From Escherichia coli (GTDB lineage: Bacteria > Pseudomonadota > Gammaproteobacteria > Enterobacterales > Enterobacteriaceae), in NCBI RefSeq assembly GCF_003334255.1, contig NZ_QOWU01000003.1: a stretch of 64,000 nucleotides of DNA. One strand, 5' to 3'. Within the stretch, counting starts at the first letter, position 1; each line of letters starts with the position of its first letter. Below, in pieces: positions 25,108 to 40,285 of the stretch. The notes below the pieces were generated by a model. The model saw nothing but the letters and a program-made list of their open reading frames with translations. It was not told the origin of the DNA and made no database searches. A program made the position numbers and the translations under genes.

Positions 25108-26445
25108 TTAAACGGCTTTTACTGCATCGGCGATGCGGTGTGCAAATTCAGTCACCTGCGCTTCGTCTTCGCCTTCCACCATCACGCGAATTAACGGTTC
25201 GGTGCCGGATTTACGCAGCAACACGCGTCCACGGTTGCCCAGCGCAGCTTCAACCTCTGCGGTCACGGCTTTAACTGACTCATGCTCAAGTGGATCGCCG
25301 CTACCTGCGGTGTAACGTACGTTAACCAGAATCTGCGGGAACATTTTCATGCCGCTGCAAAGGTCGTGCAGGCTCATATGGTTACGTGCCATCGCCGCCA
25401 GCACCTGCAAGCCAGCAACGATGCCGTCACCGGTAGTAGTTTTATCCAGCAGGATCACATGACCGGAATTCTCTGCACCGATACGCCAGCCTTTCTCCTG
25501 CATTTTTTCCAGTACGTAGCGGTCACCCACTTTCGCGCGCGCAAATGGAATTCCTAACTGTTTCAGCGCCAGTTCAAGCCCCATGTTGCTCATCAATGTA
25601 CCCACAGCGCCACCACGCAGCTGGCCCTGACGAAGACCTTCACGCGCGATGATATACATGATCTGATCGCCATCGACTTTATTGCCTTCATGGTCAACCA
25701 TAATCACGCGATCGCCATCGCCGTCGAAGGCAATACCGAGATCCGCTTTTTCAGCCAGCACACGAGCCTGGAGCGCGCGAACGTCGGTAGCCCCCACTTC
25801 GGCATTGATGTTTACACCGTTTGGCTCACAACCGATAGCGATAACGTTCGCCCCCAGTTCGCGCAGCACGTTCGGCGCGATGTGATAAGTCGCACCGTTT
25901 GCACAATCCACCACAATCTTCAGTTCACTGAGGCTAAGTTCGTTCGGGAACGTGGCTTTGCAAAACTCGATATAGCGACCCGCGGCATCAACGATACGGC
26001 TGGCTTTACCCAGTTCTGCCGAATCAACGCAGCTGATCTCCTTTTCCATTTCCGCTTCGATGGCCTCTTCTACCGCATCCGGCAGTTTGGTGCCGTCGAT
26101 AGAGAAGAATTTAATGCCATTATCGTAGAACGGGTTATGCGATGCAGATATCACAATTCCGGCCTCTGCGCGGAAGGTACGCGTCAGATAAGCCACGGCC
26201 GGTGTTGGCATCGGGCCAGTGAAGAGTGCGGAAAGGCCCGCTGCCGCCAGACCCGCTTCCAGTGCTGACTCCAGCATATAGCCAGAAATACGCGTGTCTT
26301 TACCAATAATAATCTTACGGGAGCCGTGGCGCGCCAGCACTTTACCCGCGGCCCAACCCAGCTTAAGCACAAAATCAGGTGTGATCGGCGCATCCCCTAC
26401 ACGACCACGAATCCCATCGGTACCGAAATATTTACGATTACTCAT
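25108..26445 (-). CDS. glmM: Phosphoglucosamine mutase GlmM, 445 aa
   Basis: ORF track; active-site region [10 protein letters not shown] (phospho-serine loop). Confidence 0.95.
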
Positions 26446-27286
26446 AGCGTTTGTTTTCCTTTGCAGACAGAGTGGCTTCCACCACCCGCATCGCTTCTAC
26501 GGTTTCTTTGACGTCATGAACACGAATGATGTGCGCGCCTTGCATTGCGGCAATGACCGCACAGGCCAGACTACCGCTCAGGCGCTCGGACGGCCCCACG
26601 TTCAGCAGCTGCCCAATCATCGATTTTCGTGACATACCCACCAACAGCGGCAGGTTGAAATGGTGAAATTCAGCCAGGCGCGCCAGTAATGAATAGTTAT
26701 GGGAGAGATTTTTACCGAAACCGAATCCGGGGTCGAGCAACAATTTCTCTTTTGCGATACCCGCCTGCTCGCAACGTGCTATTTGCTCAATAAAGTAGCG
26801 ATTCACTTCTGCAAAGACATCGTCATACTTCGGAGCTTCCTGCATGGTTTTTGGATTTCCCTGCATATGCATCAGACAAACCGGTAAACCGGTTTCTGCA
26901 GCCGCCTCCAGAGCGCCAGGTTCGGAAAGGGAGCGGATATCATTAATAATGTGAGCGCCAACTTTCGCTGACTCACGGATGACTTCTGGTTTGGATGTAT
27001 CGACTGAGATCCAGACTTCGAAGCGTTGAGCAATTGCCTCAACCACAGGAATAACACGTTGCAACTCTTCTTCAACGCTAACTTCCGCCGCCCCTGGGCG
27101 CGTGGACTCGCCACCAACGTCAATGATCGTCGCGCCAGCGTTGATCATCAGATTCGCATGTTTCACCGCATCTATCAGCGAGTTATGCGTGCCACCATCC
27201 GAAAAGGAATCAGGCGTGACGTTGAGGATCCCCATTACGTGAGGATGGCTAAGGTCCAGTGAAGTACCCTGGGCAAAGAGTTTCAT
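26438..27286 (-). CDS. folP: Dihydropteroate synthase FolP, 282 aa
   Basis: ORF track 26438..27352; start trimmed to [32 protein letters not shown]; 8-nt overlap with the glmM start. Confidence 0.9.
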
Positions 27287-27315
27287 GATGTTATCCCTGG
27301 TATGAATTGATAAGA

Positions 27316-27345
27316 AAAAACCCCGGAGCACGCCCCGGGGTTTTC
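27316..27345 (-). terminator. Hairpin plus U-run between ftsH and folP (terminator or attenuator)
   Basis: Minus strand: CCCCGGGGCGTGCTCCGGGG followed by TTTTTT. Confidence 0.6.
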
Positions 27346-27375
27346 GGTACAAATACAGTCATCTGATGCGGGAAC

Positions 27376-29310
27376 TTACTTGTCGCCTAACTGCTCTGAC
27401 ATGGTGTTACCCGGGTTCGGCGTACGCGGTTCATCAACCGGACGAGGAGCCTTTGGACTACCATTGTCGCCAGAATTGTTAGAAGCGCCTGGTTCTTCCC
27501 AGCCCGCTGGCGGACGTACATCGCGACGTGCCATCAGGTCATCAATCTGCGGTGCGTCGATAGTCTCATATTTCATGAGAGCATCTTTCATCGCATGCAG
27601 AATATCCATATTGTCGGTCAGAAGCTGACGCGCACGATTATAGTTACGCTCAATCAGTGCTTTCACTTCCTGGTCGATGATACGTGCAGTTTCATCGGAC
27701 ATATGTTTCGCTTTCGCTACGCTACGGCCGAGGAACACTTCACCTTCTTCTTCCGCGTACAGCAGTGGACCCAATTTCTCAGAGAAGCCCCACTGAGTCA
27801 CCATGTTACGTGCCAGGTTGGTCGCAACTTTAATATCGTTGGACGCACCGGTAGATACATGTTCCGGCCCGTAGATGATCTCTTCTGCCAGACGACCACC
27901 GTACAGCGTAGAAATCTGGCTTTCCAGTTTCTGACGGCTGGCGCTGATTGCGTCGCCCTCAGGCAAGAAGAAAGTCACACCCAGCGCACGACCGCGTGGG
28001 ATAATCGTCACTTTGTGCACCGGATCGTGTTCCGGCACCAGGCGACCGATAATCGCATGACCCGCTTCGTGGTAAGCCGTCGATTCTTTCTGCGCTTCCG
28101 TCATCACCATGGAGCGACGTTCCGCACCCATCATGATTTTGTCTTTCGCTTTCTCGAACTCAACCATCGACACAACGCGTTTGTTGCCACGAGCAGCGAA
28201 CAGTGCCGCTTCGTTCACCAGGTTCGCCAGGTCAGCACCGGAGAAACCAGGAGTACCACGGGCAATGATTGCCGCGTCGATATCGGGTGCCAATGGTACG
28301 CGACGCATGTGAACTTTCAGGATCTGCTCACGACCGCGAACATCTGGCAAGCCGACCACAACCTGACGGTCGAAACGGCCAGGACGCAGCAGGGCCGGGT
28401 CGAGAACGTCCGGACGGTTAGTCGCGGCGATAACGATGATACCTTCGTTACCTTCGAAGCCATCCATCTCAACCAGCATCTGGTTCAGAGTCTGTTCACG
28501 TTCATCGTGACCACCGCCCAGACCAGCGCCACGCTGGCGGCCTACGGCGTCGATTTCATCGATAAAGATGATGCACGGTGCCGCTTTCTTCGCCTGTTCG
28601 AACATGTCACGAACACGGGATGCACCCACACCGACGAACATTTCTACGAAGTCAGAACCGGAGATAGTAAAGAACGGAACTTTCGCTTCGCCTGCAATCG
28701 CTTTCGCCAGCAGCGTTTTACCGGTACCCGGAGGACCGACCATCAAGACGCCTTTCGGGATCTTACCGCCGAGTTTCTGGAAGCGGCTCGGCTCGCGCAG
28801 ATACTCAACCAGTTCAGCAACTTCTTCTTTTGCTTCGTCGCAGCCCGCAACGTCAGCAAAGGTCGTTTTGATCTGATCTTCCGTCAGCATGCGCGCTTTG
28901 CTCTTACCAAACGACATGGCACCTTTGCCACCGCCGCCCTGCATTTGACGCATGAAGAAGATCCAGACACCAATCAGCAACAGCATCGGGAACCAGGAGA
29001 TGAAGATAGAAGCCAGCAGGCTTGGTTCTTCAGGCGGTTCACCGACAACCTTGACGTTCTTGGTCAACAGGTTATCCAGTAATTTCGGATCCTGAACCGG
29101 AATGTAAGTGGTATAACGGTTACTATCTTTCTTGGTAACGTTGATTTCACGTCCGTTGATACGCGCTTCACGAACCTGGTCGTTATTGACCTCTTGTAGG
29201 AAGGTAGAGTAATCCACCTTACGGCCATTAGACTCGCTGGGCCCAAAGCTCTGGAATACTGACATCAGCACAACGGCAATGACCAGCCAGAGTATTAGGT
29301 TTTTCGCCAT
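27376..29310 (-). CDS. ftsH: ATP-dependent zinc metalloprotease FtsH (HflB), 644 aa (647 if the upstream ATG is used)
   Basis: ORF track 27376..29319; Walker A GPPGTGKT, second region of homology, zinc site HEAGHA. Confidence 0.94.
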
Positions 29311-29409
29311 GTCACTCAAGGGATTAACCTCTTATTACAACTGTGTTAAAAACAGCGTCAGGATACTCTATATCCAGCATCTTTCAAACTTTCGTCTGAA
29401 ATCTCCCGG

Positions 29410-30039
29410 TTAGGGTTTACGCCCGGTCGCTACAATATACACTTCCCGCGAACGTGCACGAGAAGAGTCCGGCTTACGAACTTTGACCTTCGTAAACAGG
29501 GAGCGAATTTCCCTTAGATACTCATCGAAACCTTCGCCCTGGAACACCTTCACTACAAAACTGCCACCTGGCGCTAATACATCACGACACATTTCTAGCG
29601 CCAGTTCCACCAGATACATGGCACGGGGGATATCCACCGCCGGTGTTCCGCTCATGTTTGGTGCCATATCGGACATGACAACCTGGACTTTGCTGTCGCC
29701 AACGCGCTCCAGCAGTGCTTTCATCACCAGTTCATCACGAAAATCGCCCTGAAGAAAGTCCACACCAACGATAGGATCCATAGGTAAAAGATCGCAAGCG
29801 ATGATGCGGCCTTTGCCGCCAATTTGGGTGACCACATATTGTGACCAACCACCCGGAGCAGCACCAAGGTCGACAACCGTCATTCCCGGTTTAAAGAGTT
29901 TGTCACTTTGCTGTATTTCATCAAGTTTAAACCAGGCACGGGAACGTAACCCCTTTTTCTGTGCCTGTTGAACATATTTATCGCTAAAGTGTTCCTGAAG
30001 CCAGCGGCTGGAGCTGGCAGAACGCTTCTTACCTGTCAT
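29410..30039 (-). CDS. rlmE: 23S rRNA 2-prime-O-ribose U2552 methyltransferase RlmE (RrmJ/FtsJ), 209 aa
   Basis: ORF track; SAM-binding [13 protein letters not shown]. Confidence 0.93.
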
Positions 30040-30164
30040 TTAACTTTCCCATGGGGATAACTCATCGTAACCAATTGCATAAATTTTTACGCGCCTATTT
30101 GGTGATATATGGGAGATGGCGGTAGAATGACCCGTTTTCAATCCCAACGTAAGCAAAAAATACG

Positions 30165-30458
30165 ATGAATCTGAGTACTAAACAAAAACAGCACCTGAAA
30201 GGTCTGGCACATCCGCTCAAGCCAGTTGTTCTGCTTGGCAGTAATGGTTTGACCGAAGGGGTGCTGGCCGAGATTGAACAAGCGTTAGAGCACCATGAAC
30301 TCATCAAGGTGAAAATCGCCACCGAAGATCGCGAAACTAAAACCTTGATCGTGGAAGCTATCGTGCGCGAAACCGGCGCCTGTAATGTACAGGTCATCGG
30401 TAAAACGCTGGTGCTTTATCGCCCAACTAAAGAACGTAAAATCTCGCTGCCACGCTAA
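30165..30458 (+). CDS. yhbY: CRS1/YhbY-type RNA-binding (CRM domain) protein, 97 aa
   Basis: ORF track; MNLSTKQKQHLKGLAHPLKPVVLLGSNGLTEGV. Confidence 0.9.
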   Translation: MNLSTKQKQHLKGLAHPLKPVVLLGSNGLTEGVLAEIEQALEHHELIKVKIATEDRETKTLIVEAIVRETGACNVQVIGKTLVLYRPTKERKISLPR

Positions 30459-30546
30459 GATTATCCTAAAGTTACACACATTTGCTGTGTAAAACGAGGG
30501 GTTTTCCGCAGGCAGGAGAGCAAAATGCCACGCTCTGTTCGTTGAT

Positions 30547-30572
30547 AAAAGGCCGCATAGCGGCCTTTTTCC
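30547..30572. terminator. Bidirectional hairpin terminator between convergent yhbY and greA
   Basis: aaaaggccgcatagcggccttttt: GC stem flanked by A-run and T-run. Confidence 0.65.
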
Positions 30573-30613
30573 TTTCTTTACAATACATCAACATCTTGAG
30601 TATTGGGTAATTC

Positions 30614-31090
<477 letters not shown>

Positions 31091-31183
31091 TTGTTATACC
31101 TCTTGAATATTCCTGATGGGGCAAGTCTTCACCCACCCCGGCTGTTCGGCCTGCCCGGCATAACTCCTCACCGGGACCAGAAG

Positions 31184-31219
31184 CAAAAAAATACCGACCC
31201 GGGTACAAGTCCCAGGTCA
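31184..31219 (-). terminator. graL: Intrinsic terminator/attenuator in the greA leader (3-prime end of the GraL leader RNA)
   Basis: Minus strand: gacctgggacttgtacccgggtc hairpin followed by GGTATTTTTTT, about 95 nt upstream of the greA ATG. Confidence 0.5.
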
Positions 31220-31337
31220 GCTACAATTCACATTTTGATAGTCATTTTACCCTGAAGTTCCCGAAGGGTCATCGTTTACTTTATAGGGCGTTGCGCCGTA
31301 GTATGACGGCTCGATTCCAGGTTGTTAGCGCGAGATT

Positions 31338-32771
31338 ATGCGATTTTCCAGATTTATCATCGGATTGACCAGCTGTATAGCGTTCAGTGTTCAGGCCGCA
31401 AATGTTGATGAGTACATTACTCAACTCCCCGCTGGTGCCAACCTTGCCCTGATGGTGCAAAAAGTCGGCGCGTCGGCCCCCGCTATTGATTACCACAGTC
31501 AGCAGATGGCGCTGCCTGCCAGTACCCAGAAAGTGATTACTGCGCTGGCGGCGTTGATTCAACTCGGCCCCGATTTTCGTTTTACCACGACGCTTGAAAC
31601 CAAAGGCAATGTGGAAAACGGCGTACTTAAGGGTGACTTAGTGGCGCGATTTGGTGCCGATCCGACGTTAAAACGTCAGGATATTCGCAATATGGTCGCG
31701 ACTTTGAAAAAATCTGGCGTCAACCAAATCGATGGCAATGTGTTGATAGATACCTCCATTTTCGCCAGCCACGATAAAGCCCCCGGCTGGCCATGGAATG
31801 ACATGACACAATGCTTTAGCGCTCCGCCTGCCGCCGCCATAGTTGACCGCAACTGTTTCTCCGTCTCGCTCTACAGTGCCCCAAAGCCTGGTGATATGGC
31901 TTTTATACGCGTGGCATCTTATTACCCCGTTACGATGTTCAGCCAGGTACGCACCCTCCCCCGTGGTTCTGCCGAAGCGCAATACTGCGAACTGGATGTG
32001 GTGCCAGGCGACCTGAACCGCTTTACGCTGACGGGATGCCTGCCACAACGTTCTGAGCCGCTCCCGTTGGCTTTTGCCGTGCAGGATGGAGCCAGCTATG
32101 CCGGTGCAATTCTGAAAGATGAGTTAAAACAGGCGGGTATCACCTGGAGCGGAACACTGCTGCGCCAGACTCAGGTTAACGAACCTGGAACGGTAGTTGC
32201 CAGTAAACAGTCGGCCCCGCTGCACGATCTGCTTAAGATTATGCTGAAAAAGTCGGACAACATGATCGCCGATACGGTTTTCCGCATGATAGGCCATGCG
32301 CGCTTCAATGTGCCTGGAACATGGCGGGCCGGGTCGGACGCCGTGCGTCAGATCCTGCGCCAGCAAGCCGGTGTCGATATTGGAAACACCATTATTGCCG
32401 ATGGTTCAGGGCTTTCGCGGCATAACCTGATTGCCCCCGCCACCATGATGCAGGTGCTGCAATACATTGCCCAACACGACAATGAACTTAACTTTATCTC
32501 CATGCTGCCGCTGGCGGGCTATGACGGCTCTTTGCAGTACCGTGCAGGTCTGCATCAGGCGGGCGTGGATGGAAAAGTCTCAGCGAAAACCGGTTCGTTG
32601 CAGGGGGTATATAACCTGGCGGGATTCATTACCACAGCGAGCGGGCAACGAATGGCGTTTGTGCAATATCTTTCTGGCTATGCAGTAGAACCTGCGGATC
32701 AGCGTAATCGCCGTATTCCGTTAGTGCGTTTTGAAAGCCGTTTGTATAAAGATATTTATCAGAACAATTAG
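31338..32771 (+). CDS. dacB: D-alanyl-D-alanine carboxypeptidase/endopeptidase PBP4 (DacB), 477 aa
   Basis: ORF track; signal peptide MRFSRFIIGLTSCIAFSVQA; SxxK motif in ASTQKV. Confidence 0.94.
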   Translation: MRFSRFIIGLTSCIAFSVQAANVDEYITQLPAGANLALMVQKVGASAPAIDYHSQQMALPASTQKVITALAALIQLGPDFRFTTTLETKGNVENGVLKGDLVARFGADPTLKRQDIRNMVATLKKSGVNQIDGNVLIDTSIFASHDKAPGWPWNDMTQCFSAPPAAAIVDRNCFSVSLYSAPKPGDMAFIRVASYYPVTMFSQVRTLPRGSAEAQYCELDVVPGDLNRFTLTGCLPQRSEPLPLAFAVQDGASYAGAILKDELKQAGITWSGTLLRQTQVNEPGTVVASKQSAPLHDLLKIMLKKSDNMIADTVFRMIGHARFNVPGTWRAGSDAVRQILRQQAGVDIGNTIIADGSGLSRHNLIAPATMMQVLQYIAQHDNELNFISMLPLAGYDGSLQYRAGLHQAGVDGKVSAKTGSLQGVYNLAGFITTASGQRMAFVQYLSGYAVEPADQRNRRIPLVRFESRLYKDIYQNN

Positions 32772-32829
32772 TCAAAAAGAAACCCCGGCACATGGCCGGG
32801 GCTTCAGATTATTGACAAAGTGCGCTTTG

Positions 32830-32940
<111 letters not shown>

Positions 32941-32956
32941 CGTTTATCATCAGTGA

Positions 32957-34144
<1,188 letters not shown>

Positions 34145-35110
34145 TCATTCGCCTGCGCGGGGTTGCGATACCACCGTTGTATGCTTACGTAATCCGCCCC
34201 AAATACGATGACCAATGGCGGAATACATCGCGCCCGCAACCACGACAAACGCACCGAGATAACCTAAAAGGTTTAACATCGGTCTGGCGAAGAAATCGGG
34301 CCAGGCCAGTGATAAAAGATCTGAAAAAAACAGCGTAAACAGTGGGGTGAGCGTGATGATCGCGCTCACCTGCGCTGCCTGCCAGCGAGCCATCGCTTCC
34401 GCCAGGGCGCCATATCCTACCAATGTATTCAGTCCGCAAAAAATTAAACATGCGAGCTGCCAGTGGCTAAGCTGCGCTATCACTCCAGGCTTTGCCAGAG
34501 GGAAGAGCGCAATTGTACATAAAGTGTACAGTAAAAACAGGATCTGCGGTGAGGCCAGCCGACGCAATAAAACCTTTTGCGCCACGCCATAACTCACCCA
34601 AACCGTCGCAGCACCGACCCCAAAGATAACTCCCCAGGTGTAATCGGTGAGCTTTGTAAATATCTCGACCAGACTGGTGTTAAAAAACATCACCAGGCCG
34701 CTCAGGAGCATCAATGCCCCTACAACCTGAGTGCTGCGCATTTTCTCTTTCAGGATAAATACGCTGGCAACCATCATGCCAACTGGCGAGAGTTGCCCAA
34801 TCACCTGCGAAGCGGTCGGACTCAGGTATTGCAAGGATGAGCTGAACAGGATGAAGTTCCCAAACAGCCCGGCGGTCGCCACTGCCAACAAAATCAACCA
34901 GCGTGGCTTACGAAACACGCGTAATGGCGGCAACCTCTTCTTCACCGCAAGAATGGCACCCAGGCCAATACTCGCCATCAAGAAACGGTAAAACACGATT
35001 GTCGGAGGTTCCATCACCTCCAGCACCTGCTTCATTGCGATTGGCAACGCCCCCCAGCAAATTGCTGTGGTGAGCGCCAAAAGAATGCCAATGCCTGCCT
35101 GCTGCTTCAT
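34145..35110 (-). CDS. yhbE: EamA/DMT-family inner-membrane transporter, 321 aa
   Basis: ORF track; ten predicted hydrophobic segments. Confidence 0.85.
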   Translation of the reverse strand: MKQQAGIGILLALTTAICWGALPIAMKQVLEVMEPPTIVFYRFLMASIGLGAILAVKKRLPPLRVFRKPRWLILLAVATAGLFGNFILFSSSLQYLSPTASQVIGQLSPVGMMVASVFILKEKMRSTQVVGALMLLSGLVMFFNTSLVEIFTKLTDYTWGVIFGVGAATVWVSYGVAQKVLLRRLASPQILFLLYTLCTIALFPLAKPGVIAQLSHWQLACLIFCGLNTLVGYGALAEAMARWQAAQVSAIITLTPLFTLFFSDLLSLAWPDFFARPMLNLLGYLGAFVVVAGAMYSAIGHRIWGGLRKHTTVVSQPRAGE

Positions 35111-35181
35111 ACCGTATTCCCTGCAAAGCGCATTTGCGGATTAACGTCGCACCATGCGCATTTTTACCGGTTATCGAATGT

Positions 35182-35212
35182 AAAAAGCCCCGCAACGTGT
35201 TGCGGGGCTTTC
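35182..35212 (-). terminator. Rho-independent terminator after rpmA
   Basis: Minus strand: agccccgcaacacgttgcggggct hairpin followed by TTTTT. Confidence 0.7.
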
Positions 35213-35236
35213 ATCCGTTACCGGGACGCGAAAAAC

Positions 35237-35862
<626 letters not shown>

Positions 35863-36084
35863 TCAGAGTGCGCTATAAATATTCACAATAGGGCGCGAAT
35901 ATTACGCAAAACGCACGCCTTTGACAAGTGCTACAGTCAATACACGAAGAAAAAAAACACAACTTGTACGGTAACGTTTATCTGTGCCATTTTTTCAGTA
36001 CAATCACCCTATATTCCTAACCATAAACCCTAAGTTGCCTTTGTTCACAGTAAGGTAATCGGGGCGAAAAGCCCGGCTTTTGCG

Positions 36085-37056
36085 ATGAATTTAGAAAAAA
36101 TCAATGAGTTAACCGCGCAAGATATGGCGGGTGTTAATGCGGCAATCCTTGAGCAGCTTAATTCCGACGTCCAACTGATCAATCAGTTAGGCTATTACAT
36201 CGTCAGCGGCGGCGGTAAACGTATTCGTCCGATGATTGCTGTACTGGCTGCACGAGCTGTTGGCTATGAGGGAAATGCGCATGTCACCATTGCTGCCCTG
36301 ATCGAGTTTATCCACACGGCGACTCTGCTGCACGACGACGTTGTGGATGAATCAGATATGCGCAGGGGTAAAGCTACCGCCAACGCCGCATTTGGCAATG
36401 CCGCCAGCGTGCTGGTAGGCGATTTTATTTATACCCGCGCTTTCCAGATGATGACCAGCCTCGGTTCACTCAAAGTGCTGGAAGTCATGTCAGAAGCCGT
36501 AAACGTCATCGCAGAAGGTGAAGTTCTGCAACTGATGAATGTTAACGATCCGGACATCACTGAAGAAAACTACATGCGCGTTATCTATAGCAAAACCGCG
36601 CGTCTGTTTGAGGCTGCCGCGCAGTGTTCCGGAATTCTGGCTGGCTGTACGCCGGAGGAGGAGAAAGGCCTGCAGGATTATGGGCGCTATCTCGGCACTG
36701 CTTTCCAGTTGATCGACGATTTACTCGATTACAATGCCGATGGCGAACAGTTAGGTAAAAACGTCGGCGACGATCTGAACGAAGGTAAACCGACGCTGCC
36801 GCTGCTGCATGCGATGCATCATGGCACACCAGAACAGGCACAGATGATCCGTACCGCCATCGAACAGGGTAACGGTCGCCATCTTCTGGAACCGGTTCTG
36901 GAAGCAATGAACGCTTGTGGATCTCTTGAATGGACGCGTCAGCGCGCCGAGGAAGAAGCAGACAAAGCCATCGCAGCGTTACAGGTGCTCCCGGACACCC
37001 CTTGGCGAGAAGCACTCATCGGCCTCGCGCACATCGCTGTTCAACGCGATCGTTAA
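36085..37056 (+). CDS. ispB: Octaprenyl diphosphate synthase IspB, 323 aa
   Basis: ORF track; prenyltransferase Asp-rich motifs LLHDDVVDESD and DDLLDY. Confidence 0.94.
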   Translation: MNLEKINELTAQDMAGVNAAILEQLNSDVQLINQLGYYIVSGGGKRIRPMIAVLAARAVGYEGNAHVTIAALIEFIHTATLLHDDVVDESDMRRGKATANAAFGNAASVLVGDFIYTRAFQMMTSLGSLKVLEVMSEAVNVIAEGEVLQLMNVNDPDITEENYMRVIYSKTARLFEAAAQCSGILAGCTPEEEKGLQDYGRYLGTAFQLIDDLLDYNADGEQLGKNVGDDLNEGKPTLPLLHAMHHGTPEQAQMIRTAIEQGNGRHLLEPVLEAMNACGSLEWTRQRAEEEADKAIAALQVLPDTPWREALIGLAHIAVQRDR

Positions 37057-37284
37057 TCCCCTCCCCTCATCCCGCGCAGTGCGCGGGATGATTCCAGTAA
37101 ACTCCATAAGAATACTTATTCAGCGTAATAATGCACTGAAAAACCAGTGTATACATCTTTATATATTCTGAATATTCACACTCTTTACAGGAACTTTTTA
37201 GAGCAATCGGCCATCAGGAGTATAGTGATGCTCGACAGAAGAAGTGTTCTGAATGAAAGCGACTAACTTAAGGAGTGAGGAAAG

Positions 37285-37563
37285 ATGGAAAGTAATTTCA
37301 TTGACTGGCATCCCGCTGACATCATTGCGGGTTTGCGCAAGAAGGGAACGTCAATGGCGGCGGAATCTCGCAGAAATGGTTTGAGTTCCTCAACGCTGGC
37401 GAATGCATTATCGCGCCCATGGCCGAAAGGAGAGATGATTATTGCGAAGGCCCTGGGAACTGACCCCTGGGTTATCTGGCCATCACGCTACCATGATCCG
37501 CAGACCCATGAGTTTATCGACAGAACGCAGTTGATGCGTAGCTACACTAAACCGAAAAAATGA
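37285..37563 (+). CDS. sfsB: Ner-like DNA-binding regulator SfsB (Nlp), 92 aa
   Basis: ORF track; MESNFIDWHPADIIAGLRKKGTSMAAESRRNGLSSSTLANAL. Confidence 0.88.
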   Translation: MESNFIDWHPADIIAGLRKKGTSMAAESRRNGLSSSTLANALSRPWPKGEMIIAKALGTDPWVIWPSRYHDPQTHEFIDRTQLMRSYTKPKK

Positions 37564-37610
37564 GTGGTCTGGCGGTAGCCCCGCGTACGGGGCTGCCAGC
37601 TTTCAGACGA

Positions 37611-38870
<1,260 letters not shown>

Positions 38871-38924
38871 TTAGTTTGTTCTCAGTTAACAATTCATATC
38901 CGCTACCGGCGAATCGCCCATAGC

Positions 38925-39179
38925 TCAAAAGCCGTTCAGTTTGCGATCGCGCGCCCACTCCGCAGGGGTATACGCTTTAATCGACACAGCATGAATGCGG
39001 TTATCCGCAATATATTCCATCAGCGGGCCATAGACCGTCTGCTGTTTTTTAACCCGACTCATGCCGTCAAACAACTCACCCACGGCAATAACCTGAAAGT
39101 GGCTGCCATCGCCGGAAACGTGGACTTCCTGGAGGGAGAGAGCGTTCATCAACACGCTCTGAATTTCATTATTTTCCAT
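38925..39179 (-). CDS. ibaG: BolA-family acid-stress protein IbaG (YrbA), 84 aa
   Basis: ORF track 38925..39194; start trimmed to [30 protein letters not shown]. Confidence 0.85.
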
Positions 39180-39338
39180 GGGATCTTCAATCATCAGTTA
39201 ATAAACCAGCGAAACATCTTAGAGCAAAGTTGCGCTGGCATAAATAAGCAAAAAGCCTCGCTGATAAATCAGACAAGGCTCGACTTGCAGGCAGGTTTGC
39301 CGGACAGGCGGTTAACGCCATATCCGGCCTGAAAAAAT

Positions 39339-39631
39339 TTAACGAGGCAGAACATCAGCAGGCAAATTATACAATTTCGCCAGGGTATACACTTTGTCAT
39401 TTACCCCCTGAAGCGTCACATTGTTGCCCTGCTTTTTCGCCAGATCGATAAGATGGAGCAGCAGTGCCAGTCCCCCCGTATCCACGCGGGAGACACGGCT
39501 AAGATCGATGCAGGTAATCCCCTTCACCGCTTCCTCACGCATTTCCCAAAGCGGTAGCAAAACGTCCTGATCCAGCTCTCCGGATAACGCCAGCGTGTCA
39601 CCCGTCTGCATCCAGCTCAGTGACTCGCTCA

Positions 39632-39632
<1 letters not shown>
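39339..39632 (-). CDS. mlaB: STAS-domain phospholipid-transport component MlaB, 97 aa
   Basis: ORF track 39339..39728; start trimmed to MSESLSWMQTGDTLALSGELD; start overlaps the mlaC stop (TAATG). Confidence 0.88.

Positions 39633-40285
<653 letters not shown>

Noticed and set aside
27595-29082. 495-aa plus-strand ORF
   Set aside because: Antisense to ftsH.
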